A stretch of DNA of 64,000 nucleotides from Lingula anatina (lineage: Eukaryota > Animalia > Brachiopoda): positions 40,368,401-40,432,400 of the forward strand of contig CM120641.1 of the NCBI GenBank assembly GCA_051362555.1, read 5' to 3'. This document shows, piece after piece, positions 49,701-62,806 of this stretch (positions are counted from its first letter, which is position 1; the number at the start of each line of letters is the position of its first letter). Both the position numbers and the translations under genes were made by a program. The notes under the pieces are model-generated. The model ran no database searches. It was not told where the DNA came from and was given only the letters and a program-made list of their open reading frames with translations.

Positions 49701-52700
49701 AATTTGTTCAAGTAACAAAAACAAAAAACTTTTTTTGAAATTCAGAAAGTGTGAAAAAATTCACCAATTTTTAACATTTATCTAAAACCATAACCGAGTA
49801 TTCATAAAAAAGACTTATACTGTCTTTTAGAAACCATCAAACATTAAACTAAATCTCTTTAAGTACAAAACTGTCTCACTCATTCTAAAAAGAGCCCAAA
49901 TACCACGTGATATAGTGGGTCTTTCATCTCACACCAGACTCTCACAGCAGACGTCCATACATGAGTCAGGTACACTCTCGGCACCTGATATAAAAGGTTA
50001 TGGCATTGTAGCCAATAATCCTGTTATTGTTGTTATGAGTTATGAACCAAGTGCCCTAAGTGTTATGTCACAATAACAACACATTAGTGAATGAGCTCCA
50101 CATGAAAACTAAAACCATTCAAGCATTCTCCTCTCATAAAGACATCAATCAGACCAGAATCATGTTATAATAATGGTTAACTCTCATAAACTATAGCTGT
50201 TAATAAATAAAGCATTATATTCAAAATTAGCGAGTGCATTAGAAAATGTAATAACTGCATGGTCACACAGCCGCTGCTTTGGTTGTAGAGGCCTTTGCTT
50301 CAGAAAACCTTTTATGTACAGATTGTCCAGTACTGGTGAAAAAATAGACTTTTGGCTTTTTAGAGCCAACAAACTCCATCGTTGAAATATGATTTACATA
50401 TTAAATTTTATCTGCATTAAATTCTAGGTTGACAAATTGCAATAATATACGAAAGCTGTGTATTTTACAATCATAAAGCATTTTGATCACTGAAAACCAA
50501 ATGGTCAATAGAAATTGATGTAATTGAATCACAGAAGCTGAAATATATAAATATTGCAAGCTCTGTCATAAAATATTGGGCCAAAATTAAAAGCAAAATG
50601 TTGCATGCATATATAAACAAAAAATGGTTTAGAACATGTTTTAATAGAAAAGTTCTCATCAGTTAAAAAACATTTGGTTCTGTGAGATTAAAAAGGCAAT
50701 TGTTCAAAAATTGCAATTTTATAACAAACAAGAAAAAAATTGTAAAACAAGTAATGATCATGGCTCTGAGCGAACCACTTAACAAGTCGATTTTATTTTG
50801 ATCATACTGAAGAAAAAACAATGGCCTTTTCAATGATTTTACAGTATTGGACTAAAATTAATTGTTTAAAAAGTGCAATAAAACGTGCAGCCAATTAGTT
50901 AATGTTGGCACAGCTTGGCTAGGTTAACTGGAACCCAAAACATCATTCATACATCATATTAATCACATACAATGTCTTCACATACAACTATTTCAGGGGG
51001 TTGGAGAGATGACACGGTTTGCTCCTTTTGCCTCTCTTGTTCAAATTGTTGCTGCTGTTGTTGATGCAGCAGTATTTGTTGATCAAGCTGTTGCTTCTGC
51101 TGTTCTAACATTTGCTGTTGCTGTTCTACCTTCTGCTTAGCTAGCCTTGCTGCTTCTGAGGCAGTGGTATTGGTCCTTGCCAGACCTTCTAGTTCAGCCT
51201 GTGAGGGAAGTGACATGAATTGCTTAATTTTTCTCCTTTTTTTTTTTATAAGAGCACTTTTTATTGCAACTTTTGGATTGCCAGAGGATAACTGTATTGA
51301 TGAGAATCAGTACAAGCTTTGCATGCAGAAACAAAATAAATAAAAACTATGCCAGTAAAAGAGGAAAGAATTAAAGAATCCAAAACACAAATCAATTAAA
51401 TAAAAAAAAAATAGAAAACAAAAAATGTACCAACACCTAAGTTTGAAACTCTTAGACTATTAGAAAATACTAATGAAAATTTCAAGTTAAGCAAAACTAA
51501 CCAATTTTTAAATTAATGTCACAAAGAAAACAAAAGGGTACGAGGTAGAAAAATATGTGAAAGTCTATCTATCTTTGCAAACTGCAGAAAATGTGCTTGG
51601 AGACTGTTATAAAAAGTAGAGATGGAAAAGTTTGTTAAAAAATGAAAGAGATAAGCAGTAAAGCTCTATGCATGCAAGAAAAAAAGTAAAACAAGCAGGT
51701 AAAAAAAATATATATATAAATAAATGAAAAAGCAAAAAGTATAAGATGTATATAATGATAGAAATAAAAAGTGCTACAGAGTGACACCCACATAAAAAGA
51801 AAGACGAAGCAGTGCCTATAAGAGCTTGCTGCAACTGAAATTCAAGATTCTACAGAGTCACGTTGGTCTGGCAAAGGGAGAGCTGCAACAATTCAGTGAC
51901 AGTGAATGCAACAAGTAAACCTTTTTACATACAATAGTTTTATCTTTTTGCAGCAACTTTTGTTCATAGGTTTTCATATGATCGGCCTGTTTCCTATGCA
52001 TGTGAAGTTCTTGAAGTTTCAATTGCTGATCATGGCTTCTCTCCAAACCTTTCAGCTCTCTGTTTAATGTATTTATGTCCTCCTGATTAAAAATGCAATT
52101 CACCATCAAAGGATAATCCACAAATGAAGCGGAAAAAGGACCTTATTATGATATGAAGTAATGTTAAGAAAAGTGATGCATTTCTTATTCAGAATTAATA
52201 CGATGTAAATATATTTCGCTTTCAGAAAAAAGAAAAAAAAAAGAAAGAAAAATGGGAGAAAAAGAAAGAAAGAAATCCTATTATTAATTTCAATCCATAT
52301 TTCAATGTTGAAACCCAATACCCATCTCCTACAGAATATGACTAATTGGATGATTGTTGATTTTTTCTTCCATAAAAAAATGGTAAGCTACATAATGTTT
52401 TCATAAAGTTAACTGCATCTGATTTGGCAATTAATAACATAAATTCTTTCTGCCGTGTCAAACCCCTAGAGCAGTTGCCATGACTACCTAGTTGTATACA
52501 CTTTGTACTAGTTAAGAACCCCCAGATGACTTCTACTATAGTAAAACTTCTTTTTTGTTGAACCGACTCCAAAGTCAACAATGCCACCCAGCCGAAGTGA
52601 GAAAGAGAAAAATAGGCATTGTGCATTAGGCATGATGTGATCAAAAATACTTTGTTTTTCTATATTAACAACTATTTGCTTGCAAAGGTTCAACCATGAA

Positions 52701-55700
52701 ATCTTTATGTACATTGGGTCCCCCTGCGTCAACCTTACAAACATCTAGAATAATGAATGGTGAGCCCCCATAGCAGGGGATACCAAAAAGCCTTTCTAGA
52801 CCCTGGTCTGATGTTTGCCAAGCAATTAATGATACTGCTGAACTGAGACCCATTTACTTTTTCCTAGGTGTCACCTGTCATAAATATTTGTTCCACTATT
52901 GCCAAAATTAGGCCATAAGGTATGTCCAAGATCATGAAGTACAAGTTACATAAGGCATTTTATTTTTTCCTAAAGGAATTATTTCATGTAAATTGAAAGC
53001 ATACAATAAATGTGAAAGTTACCAAGGAAAAGTGGTACTTCAAAACTGCAGCAATCTGTATGTGTACAGATGTTTTTTTCCAGCTATCTTGAAGCTATTA
53101 CTTTTACCATGAGACAAAAAATGTTAAAAGATTTACAACACAAATTTGCCAAGTAAATGTACATAGTAAGAAAACTAGCCTTCATGAGCATTACAAAAAG
53201 TGAGTTCAATATTTATTGATCAATATATGAAACCACTCAATAACTTTGTTTACTCAAGAGTGTGCACAATATCCAATTAAGCACCACAGACCTCACACAA
53301 AGTAACTACCCAACCAAGGAATTAATGTTCAAAAACCTACATTTCTCATGAATAATTTCAAATAATGTTGATATTGCTAATTACGTGAAAAATTACACCC
53401 AGCAACTAGAATATCCCACTTTGCTTCAACAAATTTGAGACACAATCACAAAAACACATCCTCAGTTTGTGACAATAATGCTGCTGGCTTTCCTCTAACT
53501 AAGAATATACTGGTTATAGATATACAGATTAGAGTTCCTGACAGGATCTGAAACTCAACATGCTGAAGCGATGCTGCTCATAAAAACTATTCATACTGCC
53601 CATTATCTGTCTACTGAGCTCTCATCAATATCAAAGGCTTTCAGTCTCTGGGGCTGAGGCCCTATGATGACTGATAGTAACCAAGGACAATAAGCCTCTT
53701 CTCAAGCCAGACTCCAAAATAATAGAGATAAGATACCAATGAAGAGATGAAGATGGAAACGTCGATCCTGTGCTCGCAGAGAACTACACTAATAAATAAC
53801 ATGGGCTTAGTACAAAATGTTGGATTATTCCAAAATGTATACAAAAAATTATAATATTAGTTTTTGTATAACTGAAAAAAAAAATTGTGTCAATGTAAAT
53901 ATCATGAAATATGGCCTTTACAAGAATCAGACAGGAGATCCTAAAGCCAGTTTTGCATACTAATCCTCAATACAAAAACCCAAAATTTGCTTGACATTAA
54001 AATCAACTTGTAAGACTACTTTTCAACGTCAATCTGGAAATGTTTAAGAATAACAAGTGCTTGTTGAACAGCCAGTAAAATTTGCACAGGCAGCAATCAA
54101 ATAATCCTAATGGCACTGTGACGGGCAAGGGCTCTAGGGGGCCTAATCCCAACTTCAATCAAACCCCCCACACCACTGATATCATGGGTTGGAAGGTTAA
54201 AAGAAATTACTTTCAAATGATTTCTTCATACCATTGACACAAGGGATAAGCTGCACTACAAGTGAATTTGTCAATAATCACACACTAAGAATAAGAAGAG
54301 CACTTTCTGTTAAATACACAAGAACTTCTACATAAGTTAAAGTAAGTAAATGCTCACAATTATAGTGACAGTACAAGCTTTTCAATGCCTATCTATTAAT
54401 AAAGATAATTTCCACCTTAAATATATTAATCAAAAAATGGCTAAAGCTACATTTTGATATTGAAAAAGAAAATCTATTTATTATTTTCATCTTCAAAATG
54501 TGCAATCCTCAATTGACTTTTTTCATATAGCCTTGTTTTTTATTTCTAAACATCCCAGCTTTTAAACATTATCTAACTAACCCTGCCAAGGAAAATTTGT
54601 TTTTGCCTTTGCTGGTTTTTTAGTTGACAGCCTAGCTAACTCAAAAAAAGTTATGAAAGGACTTTGATAAAATTTTGAAGAACGTCAGGTCACATCTGAA
54701 AGGACTCAATTCTAACAGTGATCCATCAATTAATTCCTCAATAACAATGACAATTGAGCTGCCTTATTTTTATATGAGATGAGGGCATATGAAAAACCCC
54801 TTTTCCTCAATGTCTCTCTATCTTGTCCCACTCAAACACATATAGCGTACATCACTTGTTAGTAACAAACCAATCTATACTTTCACACAGCACTTTTTCT
54901 CACATCAGTTGTTTCTTTTCCTTAGTCGCTATATACTTACGTCAAAGAACAGGGTAGGGTTGTTGTCTATCAACAGCCTCAGATCCCTGTACTGGGCTAT
55001 ATGAACCTGCATTGCCATCCTTATTCCATCCAACTGAAACTTTTATCCCTGTAATCTTAAGTTCCCATAAAGCAAGCTTCTATGTATTTTTCCCGGTTGC
55101 TTTTTTGTTTTTTGTTTTTCAGGAGCTACTCTGTGTTAAAATGTTTGTTAATCCAGCTCCATCATGTAATAAAATCCTGTGGAGTTGCCCATATGGAAAA
55201 TCCCTTATCCACATCAGAATTCTGGAAAATGTGCATACAATGTACGTTCTCACTGAGCTGAACAAAAAAGTATGTGTACGTGATATCCTATGATTTTACA
55301 TTGAAAAACAGATTGTAAGAAATGTTATCAGTAGAACTATTGATTATTCGTCTTGTGGCAAAGCCTTGTTCAGCACAACTTTGTCATGTGCTTGCTGAGT
55401 AAATATGGATATTCTCCCAGGACCCCCCTCACTCGCTGTAACATTTATTCTACTTGGAATACGTCACAGCAGGTGGGTTTTTAAATATTTGGAACAATTT
55501 TTTGACGTCAGAAAGAAATTGGCAAGCCATGGCTTTTAAAGCCCATTAAACATTATAGAAGAAAGTAACTGCTTCCTGTTCTCAGGAGATTTATATGTTT
55601 TCAACTATTTTTTGTAACAAAAAGAAATTTGATATATCCTTTTAATATTTATGTCCCACATTCTACTCAATTTAAACAAGGAGAGAAACAATTTTGCTGT

Positions 55701-58700
55701 GGGGACAATAACATAAAAATTACCATTAATCAATTTGTAAGGGCTGGATGATAAATTTGTGACTTCAAAAACAAAAATACTTGACAGCTTAAGTCAAGCA
55801 GAATAAAGCCACATAATTATCGATAGACATATTTTGAAATCCAATTGATGTTTCAATTATAAGTCAATACCTTAATCCAGAGCTTATCCTTTCTAGCCTT
55901 TCATAAAGAGCATAAACTTCACACAAAGTTGTCTTCTAATGTCCTAACTGTTGGCTAATCTGTAACTTACACAGTACTGAGGTGATAAGCGTCCTGACCA
56001 ACACGGCAAGTGACCTTCACCTGTTATTCTACTCTAAACGGCTTCCTAGCAACCAGTCAATCTCAAGTCCATTCTGATAGGGAGGCTTTTTTCTGACTTC
56101 TCCTGGCAGTCAAATCCAATTTGATTAATGGATGGACAAAAATTCCACCTATTTCTCAAAACATTGCAGGTCCTCTAGCACACATGTATCAATTGCTGGG
56201 GTCGTCTCCAATGGAAGTTAAGTAAATATAGTTCAGTTCAGATTGAGGCTTCCACTGCACATGTGTTGGTAATACAATACATACACACACAGAATGGAGT
56301 TACTCAAACCTATGGCTGCCCTGTATTGTAAGGGGAAACGGTCAATAACAAATATGAAAGCATGTTCAATACAGTGCCTTTGTTGGGCGTAAAGGCACTT
56401 CTTTGTGCCTAACTTGGTCTCTGTAGAACTGAAGTAAGCGACCAGTGATCTGAATAAACACATTAAAAGTTATTGATCCATACACTAGTGTGTTTGACTG
56501 GTCATGAAGTCAAAAGAGGTTGAGAAATATTTTTCAACTTTGCTAGATTATGTGACAGATACCACTGGATTGTACTGAAGTGTGTTTTAACATAAGTACT
56601 TTAAATGATTATTTAAAAATAACTACCTCTCTAAATCATTAAAAAAAGTTTTTATATAAAATAATTTAATCTTATTTTAATATATTTTATTTCATATCCA
56701 CTATCTTAGAAATATCTCAGAAGCAAGTGAAATACAACAGCAAGGAATACATGTTCTTTTTATTTAAGTACTTAAAATTTCTGTTTCTAAGAACAACTTT
56801 TTAAAAAATTTGAATACAATGAGGTTTTAACTCCAGTCCGTTAATTTTCCCATTGAATTAAATATTCCACAAAATGTGATAAATATAAAATATTCTCACA
56901 ATGTATAATAAAGCATTGCAATTTCTCTGTAAAATTCTTATTGTTTTGACCTTCTGAGATAGTCCCTCCTCCACCCAATGTGAAAATTTCATTTAATTCT
57001 CACGCTGATTTCATAATGCTCTATTCCAAATGTACTAAAATTATGTAAAATAATAAAATTTTGAATTTGACCAATCTCTGCATTGGTGTCAACATGCTAC
57101 CACAGTGATAAATGAAAATAATAAAATTTTGAATTTGACAAATTTCTGCATTGGTGTCAACATGCTACCATAGTGAAATAAAAGGGAATTTGGAAGCAAG
57201 TTGTTGCCATGGCATTATACCACCTATTTAAAATTTTCATTCATAAAGGGCAGAAATCTATCAGCATATGAGAATTTATTTTCAGTAGACAAAGTAATAA
57301 CAAGATCTCTAAAAAATCTTGTTTTTTTTTCATTAGGCAAAAGCACAGTCACAATTAATCAGCTTGGGAACATACGACCACATATAACTCAACCACTGTC
57401 ATACACATACACTCTGTTAGTACAGTGTCACATTTCATGCTCTCTATTCATATCAGATTTCCTCTTAATCTATCCAAATGAAACTAAATCATTTCTCAGG
57501 TTCTCATATTTCAATGTGTGTAAATCTTTAAACATATATGATGACGAAAACTCAATTTCCTGAGCAAGATCTATGTCAGACACGATGCCCTTTGAATAAA
57601 CAATGATGATTTAATCACATGAAGCAAAAATGCTTTTTCAAGAAAAAAATACATAATTACAAAATTTGAACCTTTAAATAAGCTTTGGAAACCTAGTCTA
57701 AGTAATTCTTTTCAAGACAAAAAATATTGGCAATCACTTACAGACTGCAGTTCTTGAAAAGCTCTTGTTGGTCTTGACGGAAGGCTAAATCTTCGTCTCA
57801 TTTTCCAAAGACCTACATGTACTTATTTTTTTCTCACGTCATCCTTCTTTTTTAAACTAATCCTCAAATGTCCCTAAGTTTTAATTTAAACATGTCAGTT
57901 TGGTAGAACTACTTATAACTTGACAACAACAATTACAACCAAAGCACAGGAAGACTGTGAATAGCTTTGTATTCCCTTATCTAGACATACTTGAGGGATT
58001 ACTATTTAAAACACTTGTGTTTGAGTATTTGAGTAAACGTTACATTCAACTTACTTTAGAAACAAATCAACAATCTTTATGGTCATGGTCCCATAGATTT
58101 ATAAAGAGAGAAATCTTTATAGCACATAAATGTAGTGATTTATGCCAAGGAAAGAAAATGTTATCATATTGTAGTTGGCATCACTATCATTTATAAGCTT
58201 GATTACATTTTATCTCTTGTACTTCACTGAACTAATCTTTTTGAGGGGCATATATACATATAAGGTTTCTTTCTTGCCAAAAATAAATGAATAAAATTAG
58301 AATAAAAAATTCTAAGTACAAATATGATTCTCCTTTTTCTTTCTATTTTTTTTAATAGAAAATGCACAAGTTATCAAGAAAAAAAAAATGGAATAATTTT
58401 TTTTTCATGGAATCAGGCCAAAAAGCTTTGGTATCAACTTGACCATCATATCACTGACTTGCTTAACTAATTAACTGAGATTTAAAAAATTAATTAATTC
58501 CATGGTTAAATGCATCACTTTCCTTTCATTAGAAATTCTACAGCTGAATAAAAAATAAAGAAGACACACATTTCTGAAACTTGCACAGTCAATAGAAGCT
58601 GTTGGAGAAAAAAGCATTTGTAATGACCTGAAAATAAAGAAATGAAATAACACAAAGCTGAAATCTATACAAATATCAAACAAATAAAATAAAAAGGCTT

Positions 58701-61700
58701 CCTAAATCTATAACAATGCAATTCAACGATGGCTTTGGGTATGGTTTATTGCACATATTCATAAAACATCTGAAGCAATAAAAAAGGTTTGAGTATCGGT
58801 CTTAAAGGGATTATAACTCTTTGTATGAGATCTATATTTCACAATAAAAACATTGTGAATAAGTCATAGAAATATAATATATTCTGTTTTACCACAAAAA
58901 CGGCAGTTATAGCTATTATTCTGATATCTGAGCTTGTCTTTAGACCACGTGACCTCCACTGATGGCTATACTCTGTGAAAATCTGAGATTTTAACAAAAA
59001 AACAAACTTTTTTAGAAAAAACCAGGAACTAACTTTGAATGTAAAAATGGATTCATTAACCATTGGTAAGTATGGGAAAATTGTTGTTTACTTCAGGAAA
59101 ATTCATTTTTTGGCTGAAACGAAGAGTTATTATCCCTTTAAGGCTCTATTTCCATAGATTTTAGATCGATCTATCCCTGTGGGGAGTCTCACTAGATTAC
59201 TTTCAGATAATCCGACTTAAATGTCCGTCCCGCCTACTACAAGCTGTAAGGGGGTAATTAACTTTCGTGTCCGCCCGGCTAACAGCTATTTAGCGTGAAC
59301 CCTTAGGGAGTTAGGTCGATCTAAAGTAGGTCGATCTAATATATGGAAATGGGGTGTAAGTACTATAATCATCCCTTCATTTAGTCTTGTACATATTGCT
59401 TTGATTTAAACAATATTTCATTCTGAAAATGCTATTTTTTGATCAGTCAAAAAAAAAAAAAAAGGAATGATAAATCTCTTTATGTTTTTTTTTAATTAAT
59501 GCCTTATACACAATAATAAAGATAATGTAGGAGATTTCTCAACTGGTAATGCTACATATAGATTTTAATAGTATTTACATTTTTTTTTTCAATTAAAACC
59601 CATGTTAACTTTAATCTTGCATTTAAAATAATGTATATAAAATATTTTCAAATTGTAACTTTGATTGTTTTTGCCTCAACTGAAATCCACTATATGCACA
59701 ATCCATATTACTGCGTTTTCAAATCTGTTCCAAGAATTCTAGACATGAGACATTCATTTTCATATGCTCATCACATACAAAACTTGCTTTTTTGACCAAA
59801 AAAAAAAAAATCTGGGTAATAGTTCACAGGCCACAACCTTACATTAGGATACTAGATCTCAAATAACTTTGGAAGCTAAGACAAACCCTTACACATACTT
59901 GTACAAATACTAAAGTTTTTTTTTTTTTTTTTTTTTTTTTACAAAAACAAATTAATAAAAAAGTATATCTGTTATTTCTATTGCTGATTCATCTTTTCTA
60001 TCCAAGTAATGCAGTCACATTATAATTATGACAACATAGATAAAAATTTGCAAACTATTAAAAAAAGATGATAAAAATTTAATTTAATGCTTATACATTT
60101 AAATCCAAATGAGTAATCAATCAGTAGTTTGCTTTAACAGATGTCATTCCTCGATTTTTCCTCCCATAAATACAATGCATGTAATACAGTACAATACAAA
60201 AGCTCTAATGTACTTACTGTTAGCTTCCTTATCTCTGCTTCATGTTGCTTCTTCAGCTGGTCTATCTCTTCCTGGTGATATTTGACTAGATCACTGATTT
60301 GTTTCTCATAAAGCTGTTGCAGATCTGGAATTTCATATTGGATAGAAGCATTAGTTACAAAATATTTCTCTATGAGCTTACTGGAGGTATAATTGCATGG
60401 CTTACCAAGCATGTCCAACAAATGCCAAGAAGTATTTTGGTCAGGGTTAAGGAATAATGTTTGCTTCTTTTCCTAAATTTACCATTGGTTTCTTAAAGAA
60501 TCAGCTAAATGAAAGATAAAGATCATTCAAATGTAATTTTAGAAATGTATAACTGAAATACACTGTAGCTGGAGGATTATCCTACATAAGTGGTGATCTA
60601 GTGATGCTGTTTCTACTTTCCAGTCATCAAAACATGAACACTGTCACTGATAAATTTATATTCAAATTATTTTGCTATACAAACAAATGCAATACTATGC
60701 ATCTTTTCAACTTACTCTAACCACTAATTTCAAAGGCTCTAAGTAACAAAAATTCTGTCTAGGAATCATGCCTTTTTTTCATAGTAAAAGCACGCAACAA
60801 AGAAGACACCGACTTCAGCAATGTACATTTTCAAAATTCACATCATATCAAGGAAGTTTGAGGTCTACTTTAACAGATTAATTTGCTTAAAAATGAAAGA
60901 AAGCAAAACTAGTTATTAACTCACATAAAGCCCACACTCAAACATGCTTGCTTGCATGCACATATAAAAAATATGCATGCAAGGACTCACTTTATAAAGA
61001 ACTTTTATCAAATTGAAAAGAAAACAAATATGCAAAAATTAAGTCCAATTTGGTCATATCATTTCACAGATTAAATTAAGTACCTCATGATTTGATGGGA
61101 GTATCTGCACTTCGTATTTATAAACATGTATACAGTGAAATGCTATCTTTATCAACAATAACTACCCCCTAGCTTATATAGTAAACTCAAAATACTTCCA
61201 ATCAATACTGCATAATGTTCATCTAAAACACACAGCCAACTCTTAAGGTCAAGTTTTTAAATTACCAGGCTTTGAAATCTTCCACTCCAGCACAACTGCT
61301 GTCTCCTCTATTTCAAAACAAAAATTATAACAAGAGCCAAGAAATAAAGACAAAAATAATAGCTTTAAGCATAATATAAAATTAAAAAATTCAAATTAGT
61401 ACAATTAAAAGCAGCAACATATTAGTAAATAAAGTTCTTAAACCACCACCGAATAGTGACAGAAGGATTAACCACAAAGCAGGGGGGGGGGGGGACTTCT
61501 AAAATGACAGGTATAACAACAGGTAGCATCTAGACATTTGCAAAATAAATTTGGTTAATCGTTAGTAAATACACAAGCTAATTGGGGAGTAGCTCTTTTA
61601 TAATGAGGTTGGATGAACTTAAAATGCTACAAATCATGAGCTGAAGAAAGTTTTTTGCTAAAATCACAGATTTTGGAAACAAACAATATTGAAAACAGGT

Positions 61701-62806
61701 CCAAGTCTTGTCAATAAAAGACATACCTCTCTTTGTGGCATCTGCAGATAATTGTGCTTTCTGTATTTCTTCTTGAATCTGGTCAGACTGAAAGACAGAG
61801 AGGCATTTCATCAGTTGAAAAAAAAATAAAGAGTATACTTAAAAAGTATCTCTAAATAGTATATCAATAAAGGATTCCAAGGGAAAAAAAGAACAGCTTT
61901 TATTGAAAAACATGTTAAAAGGTATTAACCAAGTCAAAATCTTAAGCAAAATCAATTAGAAAAAAATCTTTTAGAAAGTGTCAGTCAAACAACTGTAGCC
62001 ATAAGTTGAAAAATACATTTATGTTACCTTGTTTGCCTGAGCAGCTTCCATAAGCCTTGTGTCCGATTTCTCTTTGGCATATGCATTCTGAGCAGCCTCA
62101 AACTCCATATCTTTGACCAGTTTTTTCAGTTCTTCTAACTCAGCATTCTTTTTTCCCAGTTCTTCTTGTAGAGCCTCAGTACCTGCAGCATTTCTCTGAA
62201 AAGAAAAAAAGTAAAGGGGGGGGATAAATATACTGGCAAAAGGTTATAATAAATTCCACTCAGATATTAAATAAAAATTATGAAGTAAAAATAATTTTTT
62301 CCTGCTACACCCAAAAGGGTTTCTAAATGCACCTCCTCTTTGATCAAGCAAAAGTTCTTGCCACTCCAGATAAGATTCTTAAAAACTTCAAAAAGGCTAT
62401 TATTGCCAATTCTACAGTGTACCTTCGCAACTTCTGCAGCAGTTTTGTATCTTGTGGCTTCCATTGTTTTGATCTCAATTTGCTTGAACAGTTGCTGCAT
62501 TTTGTCCTCTTTCTCTTCAAGATCTGAAAATAACAGCAGAACATTATAAATCATTGAGAACTGCTTCAACTCTTTTTAAAAGAGATTCTAACAAATTGCT
62601 CCTCCCCAATGCTATTAATAATGCATAAAATAAAGTTTTCAATTATATTTACTCCACCATATAAATACCTAATAACATTGTTTATGTTTATGTTATGTGC
62701 AACTTAAATTGAATTCTGACCTGTTTGTGCTGCCATAAGTTTCTCACTTAAGGTTACTATGTCTTCTTTGGCCATATTCAATGCTTTCTCCAGCTTCTTT
62801 CTACCC
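31789..62806 (-). CDS. Large uncharacterised coiled-coil protein, at least 37 exons and about 1800 aa, 5' end beyond the window
   Basis: Exons in transcript order: 62721-62806, 62423-62523, 62028-62195, 61727-61787, 60218-60324, 51933-52082, 50986-51198, 49446-49526, 48524-48622, 47201-47302, 46765-46887, 46497-46550, 46069-46185, 45772-45891, 45278-45394, 44803-44970, 44025-44084, 43049-43690, 41870-42187, 40774-41067, 40003-40207, 39685-39739, 37802-37905, 37546-37653, 37251-37300, 36722-36912, 36441-36488, 36172-36283, 35753-35863, 35179-35358, 34682-34824, 34231-34381, 33883-34005, 33482-33606, 33046-33182, 32523-32729, 31789-31961. All GT-AG and phase-consistent. E/K/Q-rich heptads, a poly-Q stretch and S/P-rich linkers; some phase-0 exons may be alternative. 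Confidence 0.85.
32088..32296. repeat. 120-bp tandem duplication in the last intron of the coiled-coil gene
   Basis: GTTATGAACTTTTGAAAT and GAATGTAAATA recur at offset 120 (32161/32281). Confidence 0.85.
57047..57178. repeat. 68-bp tandem duplication
   Basis: TTGAATTTGAC...CTGCATTGGTGTCAACATGCTACCA at 57061 and 57129. Confidence 0.88.
58806..59137. mobile_element. Non-autonomous DNA transposon with TTAA TSD and AGGG..CCCT ends (Kolobok-like)
   Basis: TTAA|AGGGATTATAACTCTT ... AAGAGTTATTATCCCT|TTAA; TIRs match at 15 of 16 positions. Confidence 0.75.
59142..59356. mobile_element. Diverged MITE with TAA flanks (PIF/Harbinger-Tourist-like)
   Basis: Imperfect TIRs ATTTCCATAGATTTTAGATCGATCTA and TAGGTCGATCTAATATATGGAAAT; TAA at 59139-59141 and 59357-59359; CpG-rich interior. 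Confidence 0.55.

Noticed and set aside
49875-49985. Possible extra exon of the coiled-coil gene
   Set aside because: No convincing donor in a compatible phase, and the flanking exons already join in frame.
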